NCBI GenBank assembly: GCA_032153715.1 | Contig: JALDYR010000004.1 | Location: 1,140-65,139, forward strand | Direction of reading: 5' to 3' | DNA from: Candidatus Saccharimonadota bacterium | Lineage (GTDB): Bacteria > Patescibacteriota > Saccharimonadia > Saccharimonadales > Saccharimonadaceae | Length of the DNA: 64,000 bases | Part shown: piece by piece, positions 34,653-44,390 of the stretch | Numbering within the stretch: position 1 is the stretch's first letter | Layout: each line of letters starts with the position of its first letter | Made by a program: the position numbers and the translations under genes | Notes under the pieces: generated by a model | Told to the model about the DNA's origin: nothing | Databases searched by the model: none | What the model saw: the letters and a program-made list of their open reading frames with translations, nothing else

Positions 34653-34716
34653 CTCGTCTTTGAAAGTGTGCAAGCTTGCTCCTTTCGAGGACGAGCTTGT
34701 ATACTTTAGAGGGTAC

Positions 34717-34745
34717 TTGCAGATAAGTCCTACATCTGTTACAAT
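34717..34745 (+). promoter_or_regulatory. Promoter of rplU (TTGCAG-17-TACAAT)
   Basis: TTGCAG at 34717-34722, 17-nt spacer ending in TGT, TACAAT at 34740-34745. Confidence 0.55.
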
Positions 34746-34780
34746 CAACTACTGATTGATTAATAAATATAAGGAATCAT

Positions 34781-35089
34781 ATGACAAAAGCAGTCGTTAA
34801 GGTCGGTGGTAAACAATTTGTTGTCGCCGAAAAAGAGACCCTCCTGGTGGACCTCCTCCCGGAAGGAACTAAAGAGCTCACACTTGATGCACTATTGGTT
34901 ATTGACGGTGATAAAACCACTGTCGGCACACCAGCAGTAAAAGGTGTGAAGGTAATCGCCAAGGTTGTCGAAGACCTCGTAAAGGGTGATAAGATCCGCG
35001 TGATCCGCTATAAATCAAAGAAGCGCGTTCACAAAGAGAACGGTCACCGCCAAAAATACTCAAAGATCGAAATCACTTCAATCAAGTAG
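34781..35089 (+). CDS. rplU: 50S ribosomal protein L21
   Basis: AVVKVGGKQF.V.....L.V..L and the C-terminal basic region KSKKRVHKENGHRQKY..I.I..I. Confidence 0.9.
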   Translation: MTKAVVKVGGKQFVVAEKETLLVDLLPEGTKELTLDALLVIDGDKTTVGTPAVKGVKVIAKVVEDLVKGDKIRVIRYKSKKRVHKENGHRQKYSKIEITSIK

Positions 35090-35098
35090 TAACAGTAC

Positions 35099-35126
35099 CC
35101 CACCTAAAAAGGTGGGGTTTTTGTTT
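35099..35126 (+). terminator. Intrinsic terminator after rplU
   Basis: CCCCACCT aaaa AGGTGGGG followed by TTTTTGTTT. Confidence 0.85.
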
Positions 35127-35170
35127 GTGCTCGTGCTATAATTGGAACAAATGAGTAGGGAAAATAAACA

Positions 35171-35932
35171 GTGACGACGGTTATTTCTGTAACGAATCAA
35201 AAGGGTGGCGTCGGCAAGACGACAACTGCTGTTAATTTGGCGTACTACTTGGCCAAAGACGGCAAGAAGACGTTATTGATCGACTTTGATCCGCAGGGGA
35301 ATGCGACAAGCGGCCTCGGCGTTAATAAGCAAGAGTTGCAGGCGACTATGACGGAAGTGATGCTCGAGACCGCCACGTTGTCGCAGGTGATTATCCCAAC
35401 GGAGCATAAAAATCTCTTCTTGGCGCCAACCACGCCGCACCTTGCGAATACCGAAGTGGAACTGGCTGCGGCGCAGCGCAAGTTCACGCGCCTGAAGGCG
35501 GCAATTGACGCCATGTCCGACTATGATGTCATTATTATCGATAGCCCACCAAGCTTGAGTCTGCTGACGGTCAACGGCTTGATTGCCGCAAAGTACGTCC
35601 TTCTACCAGTACAGGCGGAGTTTTACGCCCTTGAAGGGCTCGGGCAGTTACTCGAGACAATGAAGTTAGTCCGTAAGGGCATGAACCCGACACTTGAGCT
35701 TTTAGGTGTGCTTCCGACGATGATGGATAGTCGTACGACACTGAGCGGTCAGGTGTATGAAGAGATTAAAAAGCACTTTCCAGGTAAGGTATTTCAGCAT
35801 ACGATTCCTCGTAATATTCGGCTTGCCGAAGCGCCAAGTCACGGCTTGCCGGTTGGAGCATACGATCGCTGGAGTAAGGGTGCGCGGGCGTATAAGGCAG
35901 TTGCAAAGGAGGTGATTGATCGTGTCGGCTAA
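35171..35932 (+). CDS. parA: Chromosome partitioning ATPase ParA/Soj
   Basis: Deviant Walker A NQKGGVGKTTT, plus DFDPQGNAT and IIDSPPSL. Confidence 0.9.
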   Translation: MTTVISVTNQKGGVGKTTTAVNLAYYLAKDGKKTLLIDFDPQGNATSGLGVNKQELQATMTEVMLETATLSQVIIPTEHKNLFLAPTTPHLANTEVELAAAQRKFTRLKAAIDAMSDYDVIIIDSPPSLSLLTVNGLIAAKYVLLPVQAEFYALEGLGQLLETMKLVRKGMNPTLELLGVLPTMMDSRTTLSGQVYEEIKKHFPGKVFQHTIPRNIRLAEAPSHGLPVGAYDRWSKGARAYKAVAKEVIDRVG

Positions 35933-36806
35933 AAAAGGTCTTGGACGTGGATTTTCATCGCTTATCCCGACAGAACTGCTTGATGAGTCGTTTGATCCAA
36001 CCTCTGCGCAGGATGAACAGATTAGCGAACTGCGACAGATAAAACTGTCAGAAGTTGTTGCCGATCCTGATCAGCCGCGACGTCACTTCGACGAGGTTGC
36101 GCTTGAGGAAATGGCGGCATCGATCAAAGAGCACGGCGTCTTGCAGCCAATTGTCGTCACGCCTCACGAGGGTAAGTACCAAATTGTTGCCGGTGAGCGT
36201 CGCTACCGCGCGTCGCAGCGTGCTGGTCAGGACAAGATCCCCGCACTGGTACGGACACTCAGTAATCAGCACAAGCTCGAGCTGTCGTTGATCGAAAACT
36301 TGCAACGCCGTGACCTTAATGTGCTCGAAACAGCGACGGCGTATTTGAAGCTGCGTGACCAATTTAATATGACGCTTGACCAGATTGGTCACCGTGTCGG
36401 TGGCAAGTCGGTCAGTGCGATTAGTAATACCCTGCGCTTATTACGTCTGCCGGAAAGTGTCCGAACGGCAATCGCTGAAGGTAAGTTGCGCGAAGGGCAG
36501 GCACGACCATTGATCAACGTCGATCCTGAAATTATCGAAGAGATATTGCCACAAATCCTCAAAGAAGAGTGGAGCGCCCGCAAAATTGAGCAGTATATCG
36601 TGCAGCTGAAGCATGCTCAGGCGTCGGTCATCGAAAAAGAGCATAAGGTGGTCGAGACGCCACACAAGCAAGAAGTCGAACGTCTCGTCAAACGCTTCTC
36701 AACTGAGGTGAAAGTCCGTACGAATACGCGCGGAGCTGGACAGATTGTTATTGCCTTTAAAAATGGACAAGAGTTCGAGCGCATTCAAAAAATACTTGAA
36801 TCATAG
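35922..36806 (+). CDS. parB: Chromosome partitioning protein ParB/Spo0J
   Basis: KKGLGRGFSSLIP N-terminus, ParB box GERRYRA, and an HTH region. The ORF opens at TTG 35916, but GTG 35922 is 9 nt after the SD sequence AAGGAGG and was preferred. Confidence 0.9.
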   Translation: MSAKKGLGRGFSSLIPTELLDESFDPTSAQDEQISELRQIKLSEVVADPDQPRRHFDEVALEEMAASIKEHGVLQPIVVTPHEGKYQIVAGERRYRASQRAGQDKIPALVRTLSNQHKLELSLIENLQRRDLNVLETATAYLKLRDQFNMTLDQIGHRVGGKSVSAISNTLRLLRLPESVRTAIAEGKLREGQARPLINVDPEIIEEILPQILKEEWSARKIEQYIVQLKHAQASVIEKEHKVVETPHKQEVERLVKRFSTEVKVRTNTRGAGQIVIAFKNGQEFERIQKILES

Positions 36807-36814
36807 TTGCGCCC

Positions 36815-36866
36815 CTGATGAATAAAATAATAGCCCTCGTCTAGAAGGGCTATTATTTTATTCATC
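36815..36866. terminator. Long perfect inverted repeat / bidirectional terminator between parB and lepB
   Basis: GAATAAAATAATAGCCCT (36819-36836) pairs with AGGGCTATTATTTTATTC (36845-36862). The stem is extendable to about 22 bp. Loop is CGTCTAGA. Confidence 0.75.
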
Positions 36867-36875
36867 GCTACGTAA

Positions 36876-37475
36876 TTAGAAAGTGCGAACTTCGGTGAAT
36901 GGGAAGATGCGAATGCCAACAGGGCCGACGACGTCGTAGAACGGAATCGTTCCGAGGCCGTTACGAGAGTCATACGAGAAGCTTCCTTGGCGATGGTCGC
37001 CGCTAACAAACAGGGTGCCGTCGGGGACTACTGTATCGACATTACCGCTAGTTGGACTGCCTGGTTCGCCGTGATTGGCATCGTCCGGATTAAAGCCGTT
37101 TGGATGCTCGGTATTATATACGGTATAGCTACCATCTTTGAGAACGACACGCTCGCCAGGAAAGGCGATGACACGCTTGACGATGTATTCGTCAGATTGG
37201 CCGGCGGTATAAAGGGGGTTCTTAAAGACGATCACTTGACCGCGTCCGGGGATGTACTCTTTGTTTTGGAGCTGTGACCAGGTGACGGGCAGGCGATTAA
37301 CGATGAGGCGATCACCGGTGTAAAGGGTCGTTTCCATACTTGGGCCTTCGACGTTAAAGCTGCGGAAGATGTAGGTGTTAATAATGAGCGTGCCAACAAA
37401 AACGGCCAACGCAAAAACAAGCAAGCCAAAGATGTCTTTAAGGAGCGGGTGTCGTTGAGAAAATGATGTTTCCAT
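36876..37475 (-). CDS. lepB: Signal peptidase I
   Basis: N-terminal TM segment, catalytic motif GPSMETTL, GDRLIVNR, and the KRVIAFPGE lysine box. Confidence 0.9.
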   Translation of the reverse strand: METSFSQRHPLLKDIFGLLVFALAVFVGTLIINTYIFRSFNVEGPSMETTLYTGDRLIVNRLPVTWSQLQNKEYIPGRGQVIVFKNPLYTAGQSDEYIVKRVIAFPGERVVLKDGSYTVYNTEHPNGFNPDDANHGEPGSPTSGNVDTVVPDGTLFVSGDHRQGSFSYDSRNGLGTIPFYDVVGPVGIRIFPFTEVRTF

Positions 37476-37586
37476 TCGTATTAACTATATAGCAGTCGTG
37501 GGTATTGCGCTAGCGTACTCAGCGAAAACAAAAGCATTTCATGATTTTCATCTGCATAAAAGTTTTGTATAGTAGAGTGAGTATTT

Positions 37587-39248
37587 ATGAGAAAACAGCA
37601 ACATTCTATAGACGGGTTTGTACCTCGTCGATCTGGTATTCAGGTGGGTGGCCTGCATGCCGCAGCGAAACGAGAAAGGTCGAACCCGACGACACTTCGA
37701 GAGATTGGCAGTGCAAACAAGCCAGCTACACAAGCGCCGCGTCGCCAGGTTGGGCTTAATCGCTCAGAAATTGACGAGTCCCTCAAGGGTATCGATGCGC
37801 CAGTTGAAGGTAAGACGGGCAAAAAGCGGCGAAGTCCCGAGCAGAAAGCTCGTCGCAAAATGATTATCAAGCGGGTGGCGATTGCGCTCGTCGTCCTCAT
37901 ACTAGCCGTGGGCGGTTTTTTAGCGGTTAAAGCAATGATGGCCGGTGGTCAGGTGTTGAGCGGTAATATTTTTGACGCGTTCAAGAATCAGCCTTTAAAG
38001 CAAGACAGTAACGGGCGTAGTAATATTCTTGTCCTTGGTACATCTGACGACGATGCAGGTCATGGCGGAGCGGACTTGACTGACTCGATTATGATTTTAA
38101 GCGTTGATCAGAAGAACAAAGATGCGTATTTGGTGAGTATTCCACGTGACCTTTATGTGAAGTACGGCCGTGCTTGTAATAGTGGGTATGCGGGCAAGAT
38201 CAACGAGTACTTTGACTGCGTCAAAGAGAGCGACACGAAAGAAGGAACGCAGGCTGCCTTGAAGCAATCAGCGTCGTTTGTTGGCGATATTGTTGGCATG
38301 GACCTGCAGTATGGTGTGAATATTAATCATACAGTTGTCCGTCAGCTAGTGGCGGCTGTCGGTGGCATTACAGTAAATATCCAAAGCCGTAATCCGAACG
38401 GTATTCTTGACAGTAACTTTGACTGGAAGTGTGGAGAGGGTGACCGTAAGGTCAGTCGAGCAGAGCGCTTGCGACGCTGTCCGCCAAGTGGTCACTACAT
38501 TGATCTAAAGAACGGCGAGGTCAACCTCGACGCCGAACACGCACTCTATCTTTCGATGGCACGTGGCGATCGCGCCCCGACCTATGGACTTGAGCAGTCA
38601 AACTTTGACCGCGAAAAGAATCAGCAAATGATTCTCAAGGCCATTCAAAAGAAGGCGACAAGCGCGGGTACGCTTTCAAACATTGGTAAGGTCTCGGCAC
38701 TGATCGATGCTGTTGGTGATAACCTTCGTTCAACCTTCGAAGTGGCCGAAATTAGCACACTGGTCGAATTGGGTAATGGTATCAAGCCGGAGAACATCAA
38801 GTCATTGCCATTTAATGACGACGAGAAGGATCAGAATCTGATGTCAACTGGCAATGCGGGTGGTATGAGCATCGTCCAGCCGGCTGCAGGGCTATATGAA
38901 TACAGTGACATCCGGGCATATCTGCGCGAAAGCTTGAGCAATAATCCAGTGACGAAAGAGAAGGCAAAGGTCGTTGTCCTAAATGGTTCTGGTATTGCCG
39001 GTGCTGCGCAGACGGAATCCGACAAGCTGGAAGAACAGGGGCTGGTTATTGGCAGTCTTGGCAATGCACCTGCAGGTGACTATGGCAAGGTAAAGGTCTA
39101 TCAAATTGATACGAGTAAAACAGCAACTGCGGCGAAGTTAAAAGAGATCTATGGGGTGACGCCGCTGACAACCGCGCCACCGGTAACACCCGCTGCCGGA
39201 ACAGCATTCGTCGTGATTATCGGGGCCGGCTCGACTAGTACGCAGTAG
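37587..39248 (+). CDS. LytR-CpsA-Psr (LCP) family cell-wall polymer transferase with a LytR_C-like C-terminal domain
   Basis: Basic N-terminal region plus TM segment. NILVLGTSDD....DLTDSIMILSVD....LVSIPRDLYV is the LCP core. A C-terminal VVVLNGSG..G.A segment is present. Confidence 0.85.
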   Translation: MRKQQHSIDGFVPRRSGIQVGGLHAAAKRERSNPTTLREIGSANKPATQAPRRQVGLNRSEIDESLKGIDAPVEGKTGKKRRSPEQKARRKMIIKRVAIALVVLILAVGGFLAVKAMMAGGQVLSGNIFDAFKNQPLKQDSNGRSNILVLGTSDDDAGHGGADLTDSIMILSVDQKNKDAYLVSIPRDLYVKYGRACNSGYAGKINEYFDCVKESDTKEGTQAALKQSASFVGDIVGMDLQYGVNINHTVVRQLVAAVGGITVNIQSRNPNGILDSNFDWKCGEGDRKVSRAERLRRCPPSGHYIDLKNGEVNLDAEHALYLSMARGDRAPTYGLEQSNFDREKNQQMILKAIQKKATSAGTLSNIGKVSALIDAVGDNLRSTFEVAEISTLVELGNGIKPENIKSLPFNDDEKDQNLMSTGNAGGMSIVQPAAGLYEYSDIRAYLRESLSNNPVTKEKAKVVVLNGSGIAGAAQTESDKLEEQGLVIGSLGNAPAGDYGKVKVYQIDTSKTATAAKLKEIYGVTPLTTAPPVTPAAGTAFVVIIGAGSTSTQ

Positions 39249-39278
39249 TACAGGGGTGTGCTATACTAAGGGAAGTCT

Positions 39279-40073
39279 ATGGAATTTTTACGTGTTGTAA
39301 AGCGCCGCTCTCTGGTGAGCGAACTCGTCTATATTCTCTTGAACGTAGGGCTTGCTATTGCGATCCTGGTGGTCGTATGGGCGATTGAATCGCCGCTTCC
39401 TGCATTCGCACTTGTGCTGCTTAGTAAGTGGCGCATCCTTGCCGTGCGACCGCGCTATTGGTTCGCGCACTTGCAGGCAAATATGGTCGACCTGATCGTC
39501 AGCCTTGGGCTCGTGGTTGTCCTGTCTTCAATTGGCCGTGTCATGGGCGAGCAAGGGATTTTAATTCAAGTACTTCTGACGCTTGCTTATATCGCATGGT
39601 TGCTCGTATTAAAGCCGCGTACAAAGCGTTCGTACGTCGTTGCGCAGGCTGGCGTGGCGCTTTTTGTCGGTGTCAGTGCGCTGTACCTGGTGTCGTATGA
39701 GTGGCCGTCGTCGCTTGTGGTGGCTGTTATGTGGGTGATCGGGTATACAACTGCTCGTCACGTACTGAGCGCCTACTCGGAATCGCAATTAACTTTCCTT
39801 AGTCTTGTATGGGGCTTTGTTATCGCGCAAATTGGCTGGCTCGCATATCACTGGACGATTGCCTATCGATTGCCATTTATTGATGGCATTATGCTTCCGC
39901 AAGTAGCCATTATTGTCGTGGCACTTGGTTTTATGGCTGAGCGTTTTTATAGTTCGTACGCGAAGCATGGTGTCGTTAAGACATCTGATGTGATTATGCC
40001 GTCACTCCTATCCTTGAGTGTTTTGGCTATCTTACTCGTGTTATTTAATTCGGTAAGTATTGGTAATATTTAA
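39279..40073 (+). CDS. Polytopic membrane protein, function unknown
   Basis: At least seven hydrophobic segments. No motif recognised. Confidence 0.6.
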   Translation: MEFLRVVKRRSLVSELVYILLNVGLAIAILVVVWAIESPLPAFALVLLSKWRILAVRPRYWFAHLQANMVDLIVSLGLVVVLSSIGRVMGEQGILIQVLLTLAYIAWLLVLKPRTKRSYVVAQAGVALFVGVSALYLVSYEWPSSLVVAVMWVIGYTTARHVLSAYSESQLTFLSLVWGFVIAQIGWLAYHWTIAYRLPFIDGIMLPQVAIIVVALGFMAERFYSSYAKHGVVKTSDVIMPSLLSLSVLAILLVLFNSVSIGNI

Positions 40074-40122
40074 GCTTTACGTCAGTTAGTGCCGCTATAC
40101 TACTGATAGAAAGAGGAGTGGT

Positions 40123-41373
40123 ATGAAAAACGAGAAACCTGAAACATCTGAAAACACTGAGTCAACCGAGTCAAAGAGCGAAATGGCTCATAAAACGACA
40201 GTCGGTCAGCCTGTTCCTCCGGCGCCTGCTGTAAAACAGCGTGCTATCTTCAAGCGTAGCGGTTCACGCCGCGGCAAGATTATTGCCGGATCACTACTGC
40301 TAATTATTCTTTGTTTCCTCGCCGGTCTCGGTGGCGGGTACGTGGCTATGAGGGGTGATTCACCACTAACGCTCATTGATCGCGGAGCGGCTGACGGTAA
40401 TAAAATCGTTACTCAAGAAGAAGAGGATATCTCTGGCGTGGCCACAAAAGTAAAACCGAGTGTTGTTTCAATCGTGACACAGGCGCAAACGCAATCGATC
40501 TACGGTAACCGTACTCAAGAAGGTGCGGGAACGGGTATTATCGTAAGCGCTGACGGCTACATACTAACTAACAAGCATGTTGTCGCTGACAGTCAATCGG
40601 TTGCCGTGGTGACCTCTGATGGGGTGACACATAGTGACGTCAAGGTGGTTGGAACTGATCCATTGAATGATGTCGCCTTCCTGAAGATTAATGGTGTCTC
40701 AAATCTTACTCCGGCCGAACTGGGTGATTCAAGCTCGGTGCGGATTGGTCAAAAAGTTGTAGCAATTGGTAACTCTCTGGGGCAGTACCAAAACACAGTG
40801 ACAAGCGGAATTATTTCGGGTACAGGCCGACCAGTGTCGGCTCAGGCGGGTAGTACGGTTGAAACACTGACCGACCTCCTGCAAACAGACGCGGCAATTA
40901 ACCCGGGCAACTCGGGCGGGCCACTTACAAATCTCGCTGGTCAGGTAATTGGTATTAATACTGCCATTGCCGAAGACGCGCAGGGGATTGGCTTTTCAAT
41001 TCCAATTAACGCCACAAAGGGTATGCTCAAGGGTGTCCTTGCGAATGGTAAAGTTGAGCGTGCCTATGTCGGCGTGAACTACATCGCAATTACACCAGAC
41101 ATCGCCGAACAAGAGAAATTGTCTGTAAAGACTGGCGCATGGGTGCATGCAGAAGACGGTAAATCAGCTGTGGTGAGCGGGAGCCCAGCGGCGAATGCTG
41201 GGGTAAAAGACGGTGATATTATTACGAAAGTGAACGACATTGAAGTCGGTGATCGTGGCGGTGTTGCGAGTTTGGTGGCGGAATATGCGCCTGGCGATAC
41301 GGTGCAGTTGACGATACTTCGTGACGGCAAGACCGAGACGGTAAACGTCACGCTTGCAGCCTATAGTCAGTAG
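40123..41373 (+). CDS. htrA: HtrA/DegP-family serine protease with a PDZ domain
   Basis: Catalytic-triad context TNKHV, D at LNDVAFLK, GNSGGPL. C-terminal PDZ domain (GSPAANAGVKDGDIITKVN). Confidence 0.9.
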   Translation: MKNEKPETSENTESTESKSEMAHKTTVGQPVPPAPAVKQRAIFKRSGSRRGKIIAGSLLLIILCFLAGLGGGYVAMRGDSPLTLIDRGAADGNKIVTQEEEDISGVATKVKPSVVSIVTQAQTQSIYGNRTQEGAGTGIIVSADGYILTNKHVVADSQSVAVVTSDGVTHSDVKVVGTDPLNDVAFLKINGVSNLTPAELGDSSSVRIGQKVVAIGNSLGQYQNTVTSGIISGTGRPVSAQAGSTVETLTDLLQTDAAINPGNSGGPLTNLAGQVIGINTAIAEDAQGIGFSIPINATKGMLKGVLANGKVERAYVGVNYIAITPDIAEQEKLSVKTGAWVHAEDGKSAVVSGSPAANAGVKDGDIITKVNDIEVGDRGGVASLVAEYAPGDTVQLTILRDGKTETVNVTLAAYSQ

Positions 41374-41378
41374 GGCAG

Positions 41379-42227
41379 CTATTTCGTGAAATGAAGGATG
41401 AAGCCTTCGGATTGCTGATAAGTAAGACTGTGACGTTTGCATTCGGTAATAATCGCGGCATGCTGACGAGGGTCCGCCTCAAGGAGGAGTGAGCCACTCG
41501 GCGTCAAGAGCTGAGATGCTTGGATGATCAGCTGATTGATAAGTGCTAGGCCGCCGTGGCTAGCATAGAGGGCTAGCTCGGGCTCGGCATGGGTTTCTTG
41601 TGACACTTCCCATTCGCGATCAACATACGGGAGGTTGGCGACGATAATATCAAAGGAGTGTTGGTAACCGCGGAGAAGGTCATTTCGTTCAAATGCGACA
41701 TCGGCGCCAAGTTGTCGAGCGTTCATCTGGGCGATATTGAGAGCATGCTGACTAATATCAACAAGGGTAACATCTAGCTCGGGAAGTTCTAATTTGGCAG
41801 TGACGCCAATGCAGCCGCTACCAGTCCCCACATCAACAAGGCGAAGGTTATTTGGAAGGAGGGGTAGGTTTTTAGGCACGATTGTTCGCAGGAGTTCAAT
41901 AAATGCTTCCGATTCTGGTCGCGGAATTAATGTGGCGGTTGTAACTTTAAACGGCCGGCCGTAAAACTCCTTGTGACCGACAATATAGGCGATAGGGGTG
42001 CGATCAACGCGCAGCTGTAATCGTGCATCGGCAATCTCTTTGCGATGCGGCTCAATGAGGTCGTCATTATGGGCGTGTAGATAGGTGCGCGGTTTGCGTA
42101 GGGTATGCGCTAAGATAATTTCAGCATCGAGCTTTGCAGTTTCGATGCCAGCAGCAATAAGCTGACGCGTCGCGTCTTTAATCCAGTCTTTAATTGCCTG
42201 CGTTGGCGGCTGCAAGTTCGCGTTCAT
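41379..42227 (-). CDS. prmC: Release factor glutamine N5-methyltransferase PrmC/HemK
   Basis: SAM motif [11 protein letters not shown] and IVANLPYV (NPPY-type). Overlaps prfA by 38 nt. Confidence 0.9.
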   Translation of the reverse strand: MNANLQPPTQAIKDWIKDATRQLIAAGIETAKLDAEIILAHTLRKPRTYLHAHNDDLIEPHRKEIADARLQLRVDRTPIAYIVGHKEFYGRPFKVTTATLIPRPESEAFIELLRTIVPKNLPLLPNNLRLVDVGTGSGCIGVTAKLELPELDVTLVDISQHALNIAQMNARQLGADVAFERNDLLRGYQHSFDIIVANLPYVDREWEVSQETHAEPELALYASHGGLALINQLIIQASQLLTPSGSLLLEADPRQHAAIITECKRHSLTYQQSEGFILHFTK

Positions 42228-43260
42228 AAGCCTGCAAATGTTCGATTAGATCGTCAATATTTCCATTCAAAGCGGCAGGAATGGCGCTGCGACTATAGCC
42301 AATGCGATGGTCGGTAATACGGTCCTGTGGGAAGTTGTAGGTGCGAATCTTTTCGCTACGATCACCACTACCAATCAAGCTGCGACGTTCAGCCGCGAGC
42401 TTCGATTGCTCTTCATCAATCTTGGCCTGGAGGAGGCGAGAGCGAAGGACGCTCATGGCTTTTTCCTTGTTCTTGATTTGTGATTTTTCGTCTTGGTTAG
42501 TAACAACAAGACCACTTGGAAGGTGAGTGATGCGCACGGCGCTGTCGGTTGTGTTGACTGACTGGCCGCCGTGACCACCGGCGCGGTAGACATCAATCTT
42601 GAGGTCGTTGGCGTTGATTTCAATATCTGTTTCTTCCGCTTCAGGCAGAACCGCAACGGTAACGGTGCTGGTATGAATACGGCCTTGCGACTCGGTTGCG
42701 GGTACGCGCTGAACGCGGTGGACACCCGACTCAAATTTGAGCTGCGAATACGGAGCGTCGCCTTTAACGGCAAAAACCACTTCTTTGTAGCCGCCGGTAT
42801 CGTTGGCGCTTTCGCTCAGTAGCTCGGTTTTGAGGGAGTGTGCTTCGCAGTAGCGAAGATACATGCGGTAGAGTTCGGCAGCAAAGAGGCTCGCCTCATC
42901 GCCACCGGCACCAGCGCGGATTTCAATAATAACGTTCTTATCATCGTTCGGATCTTTTGGCGCCAGCATAATAAAGAGCTCGTCTTCAAGCTGGGCAAGC
43001 CTCTCTTCCGTTTCGCCGGCTTCCATTTTGGCAAGTTCTGCCAGCTCATCACCGCCGGTTGCGAGTTCTTTTGCTTCAGTCAGTTGCTGTTCAAGTGTGC
43101 GGCGTAGCGTTGCTTTTTCGAGAATCGCCTCAAGTTCAGTGAAGCGTTTGTTTTTGCTGCTGAAATCCGCGTCGCTGTAGGCGGTTGGGGATGCAAGAAA
43201 CTCTCCGAGTTGTTGTTTCTCGGTGGTCAGTTCGTCAATGTTGAGGCTAATCTTTGGCAT
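42190..43260 (-). CDS. prfA: Peptide chain release factor 1
   Basis: GGQ motif (GGHGGQSVN) and the PAT tripeptide ([10 protein letters not shown]) specific to RF1. Confidence 0.95.
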   Translation of the reverse strand: MPKISLNIDELTTEKQQLGEFLASPTAYSDADFSSKNKRFTELEAILEKATLRRTLEQQLTEAKELATGGDELAELAKMEAGETEERLAQLEDELFIMLAPKDPNDDKNVIIEIRAGAGGDEASLFAAELYRMYLRYCEAHSLKTELLSESANDTGGYKEVVFAVKGDAPYSQLKFESGVHRVQRVPATESQGRIHTSTVTVAVLPEAEETDIEINANDLKIDVYRAGGHGGQSVNTTDSAVRITHLPSGLVVTNQDEKSQIKNKEKAMSVLRSRLLQAKIDEEQSKLAAERRSLIGSGDRSEKIRTYNFPQDRITDHRIGYSRSAIPAALNGNIDDLIEHLQAYERELAAANAGN

Positions 43261-43319
43261 ATCTTACTTCTATCATATAAAAAGAGACTGCCAAATGACA
43301 GCCTCTTTCGGGTGTGACA

Positions 43320-43640
43320 CTATTTGTCTGACTTTTTCGCTTTGAGGGCGTTAAGCTTCTTCGCTTTTGCAGCAAGTTGCTCTTTGCGAGCTTCTGCGGC
43401 TTTCTTGCGAGCTTCGAAGCGATCAACACGACCTTCGGTGTCGATAATCTTCTCTTCACCAGTAAAGAACGGGTGAGAAGCTGATGAGATGTGGACTTTC
43501 ACGAGTGGGTACTCGTTGCCATCTTCCCATTTAATAGTGTCTTTTGTCTGCGCGGTTGACTGTGTCAGAAACGCAAAACCGGCCACATCGTCGCTAAATA
43601 CGACTGGGCGATAGGTTGTTGGGTGTATACTGCTTTTCAT
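43320..43640 (-). CDS. rpmE: 50S ribosomal protein L31, cysteine-free (type B-like)
   Basis: MKSSIHP.Y....F.D...G..FLT.ST........W.DG.EYP...V.ISS.SHPF.TG. No CxxC motif. Start re-picked at ATG 43640. Confidence 0.85.
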   Translation of the reverse strand: MKSSIHPTTYRPVVFSDDVAGFAFLTQSTAQTKDTIKWEDGNEYPLVKVHISSASHPFFTGEEKIIDTEGRVDRFEARKKAAEARKEQLAAKAKKLNALKAKKSDK

Positions 43641-43752
43641 ATCTGAATTATTGTATCTGTTTTTGAATGAAATGTCAAAGGGTGGAGGGGTTTTGCTAGT
43701 TAAGAGTACTACTGTGTTGTCGTAAAAGTGCTTATGCTGTAAATTAGACATT

Positions 43753-44280
43753 ATGAACAAGTGGGCAAAACAAACAGGCTTTACAATTGTCGAACTGCTG
43801 ATCGTCATCGTTGTGATCGGTATCTTGGCGGCAATTACTATCGTTGCATTTAACGGAGTACAGCAGCGTGCTACGAATACGAAATATGTCAGTGTTGTCG
43901 GGCAGTACGCAAAGACGCTGTCTATATATGCCGCCGAAAAAGCAATTTATCCGGGCGTTATCGCGGGAAGTGTCGCTAATAATTTGGCATGTCTTGACGG
44001 TACGATTACTTGCTGGAGTGGAGCTGACGCGACAAAATCCACGACCGTAAAGACGGAGCTGGCCTTGTATTCTACGTCGCTTCCGGCGACGCCGAACATG
44101 GCCTTTACTTACGCGACGCTTACTCCTGAGGCGGGCGGGTCATTTACTGGCTATTATATTATTTATGTGATGCAAGGCTCAGGCATATGTCCGGCAATTG
44201 GCGGCTTGACGTACATTAACTCAAACGCCGTTAGTGGCGGTAAGAATTGCCGTATGGGGCTGCCGGATCCCGCTAGTTGA
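43753..44280 (+). CDS. Type IV pilin-like protein
   Basis: MNKWAKQTG|[26 protein letters not shown]. Confidence 0.85.
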   Translation: MNKWAKQTGFTIVELLIVIVVIGILAAITIVAFNGVQQRATNTKYVSVVGQYAKTLSIYAAEKAIYPGVIAGSVANNLACLDGTITCWSGADATKSTTVKTELALYSTSLPATPNMAFTYATLTPEAGGSFTGYYIIYVMQGSGICPAIGGLTYINSNAVSGGKNCRMGLPDPAS

Positions 44281-44390
44281 TTAATCACGCTCAATCTGTT
44301 ATTTTATATGAGTAACAATTTTAACGACACAACCCTCCGCAAGCTCCTGATATCTCAGGGCGGAAGGTGAGGAACAAGGAGTTCAAAGTC

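Noticed and set aside
43641-43808. N-terminal extension of rpmE; likewise the antisense ORFs at 47069..47332 and 47752..47976
   Set aside because: These are antisense translations of the conserved pilin N-terminal module (they all read ...STIV.PVCFAH.FI...). L31 starts at MKSSIHP.
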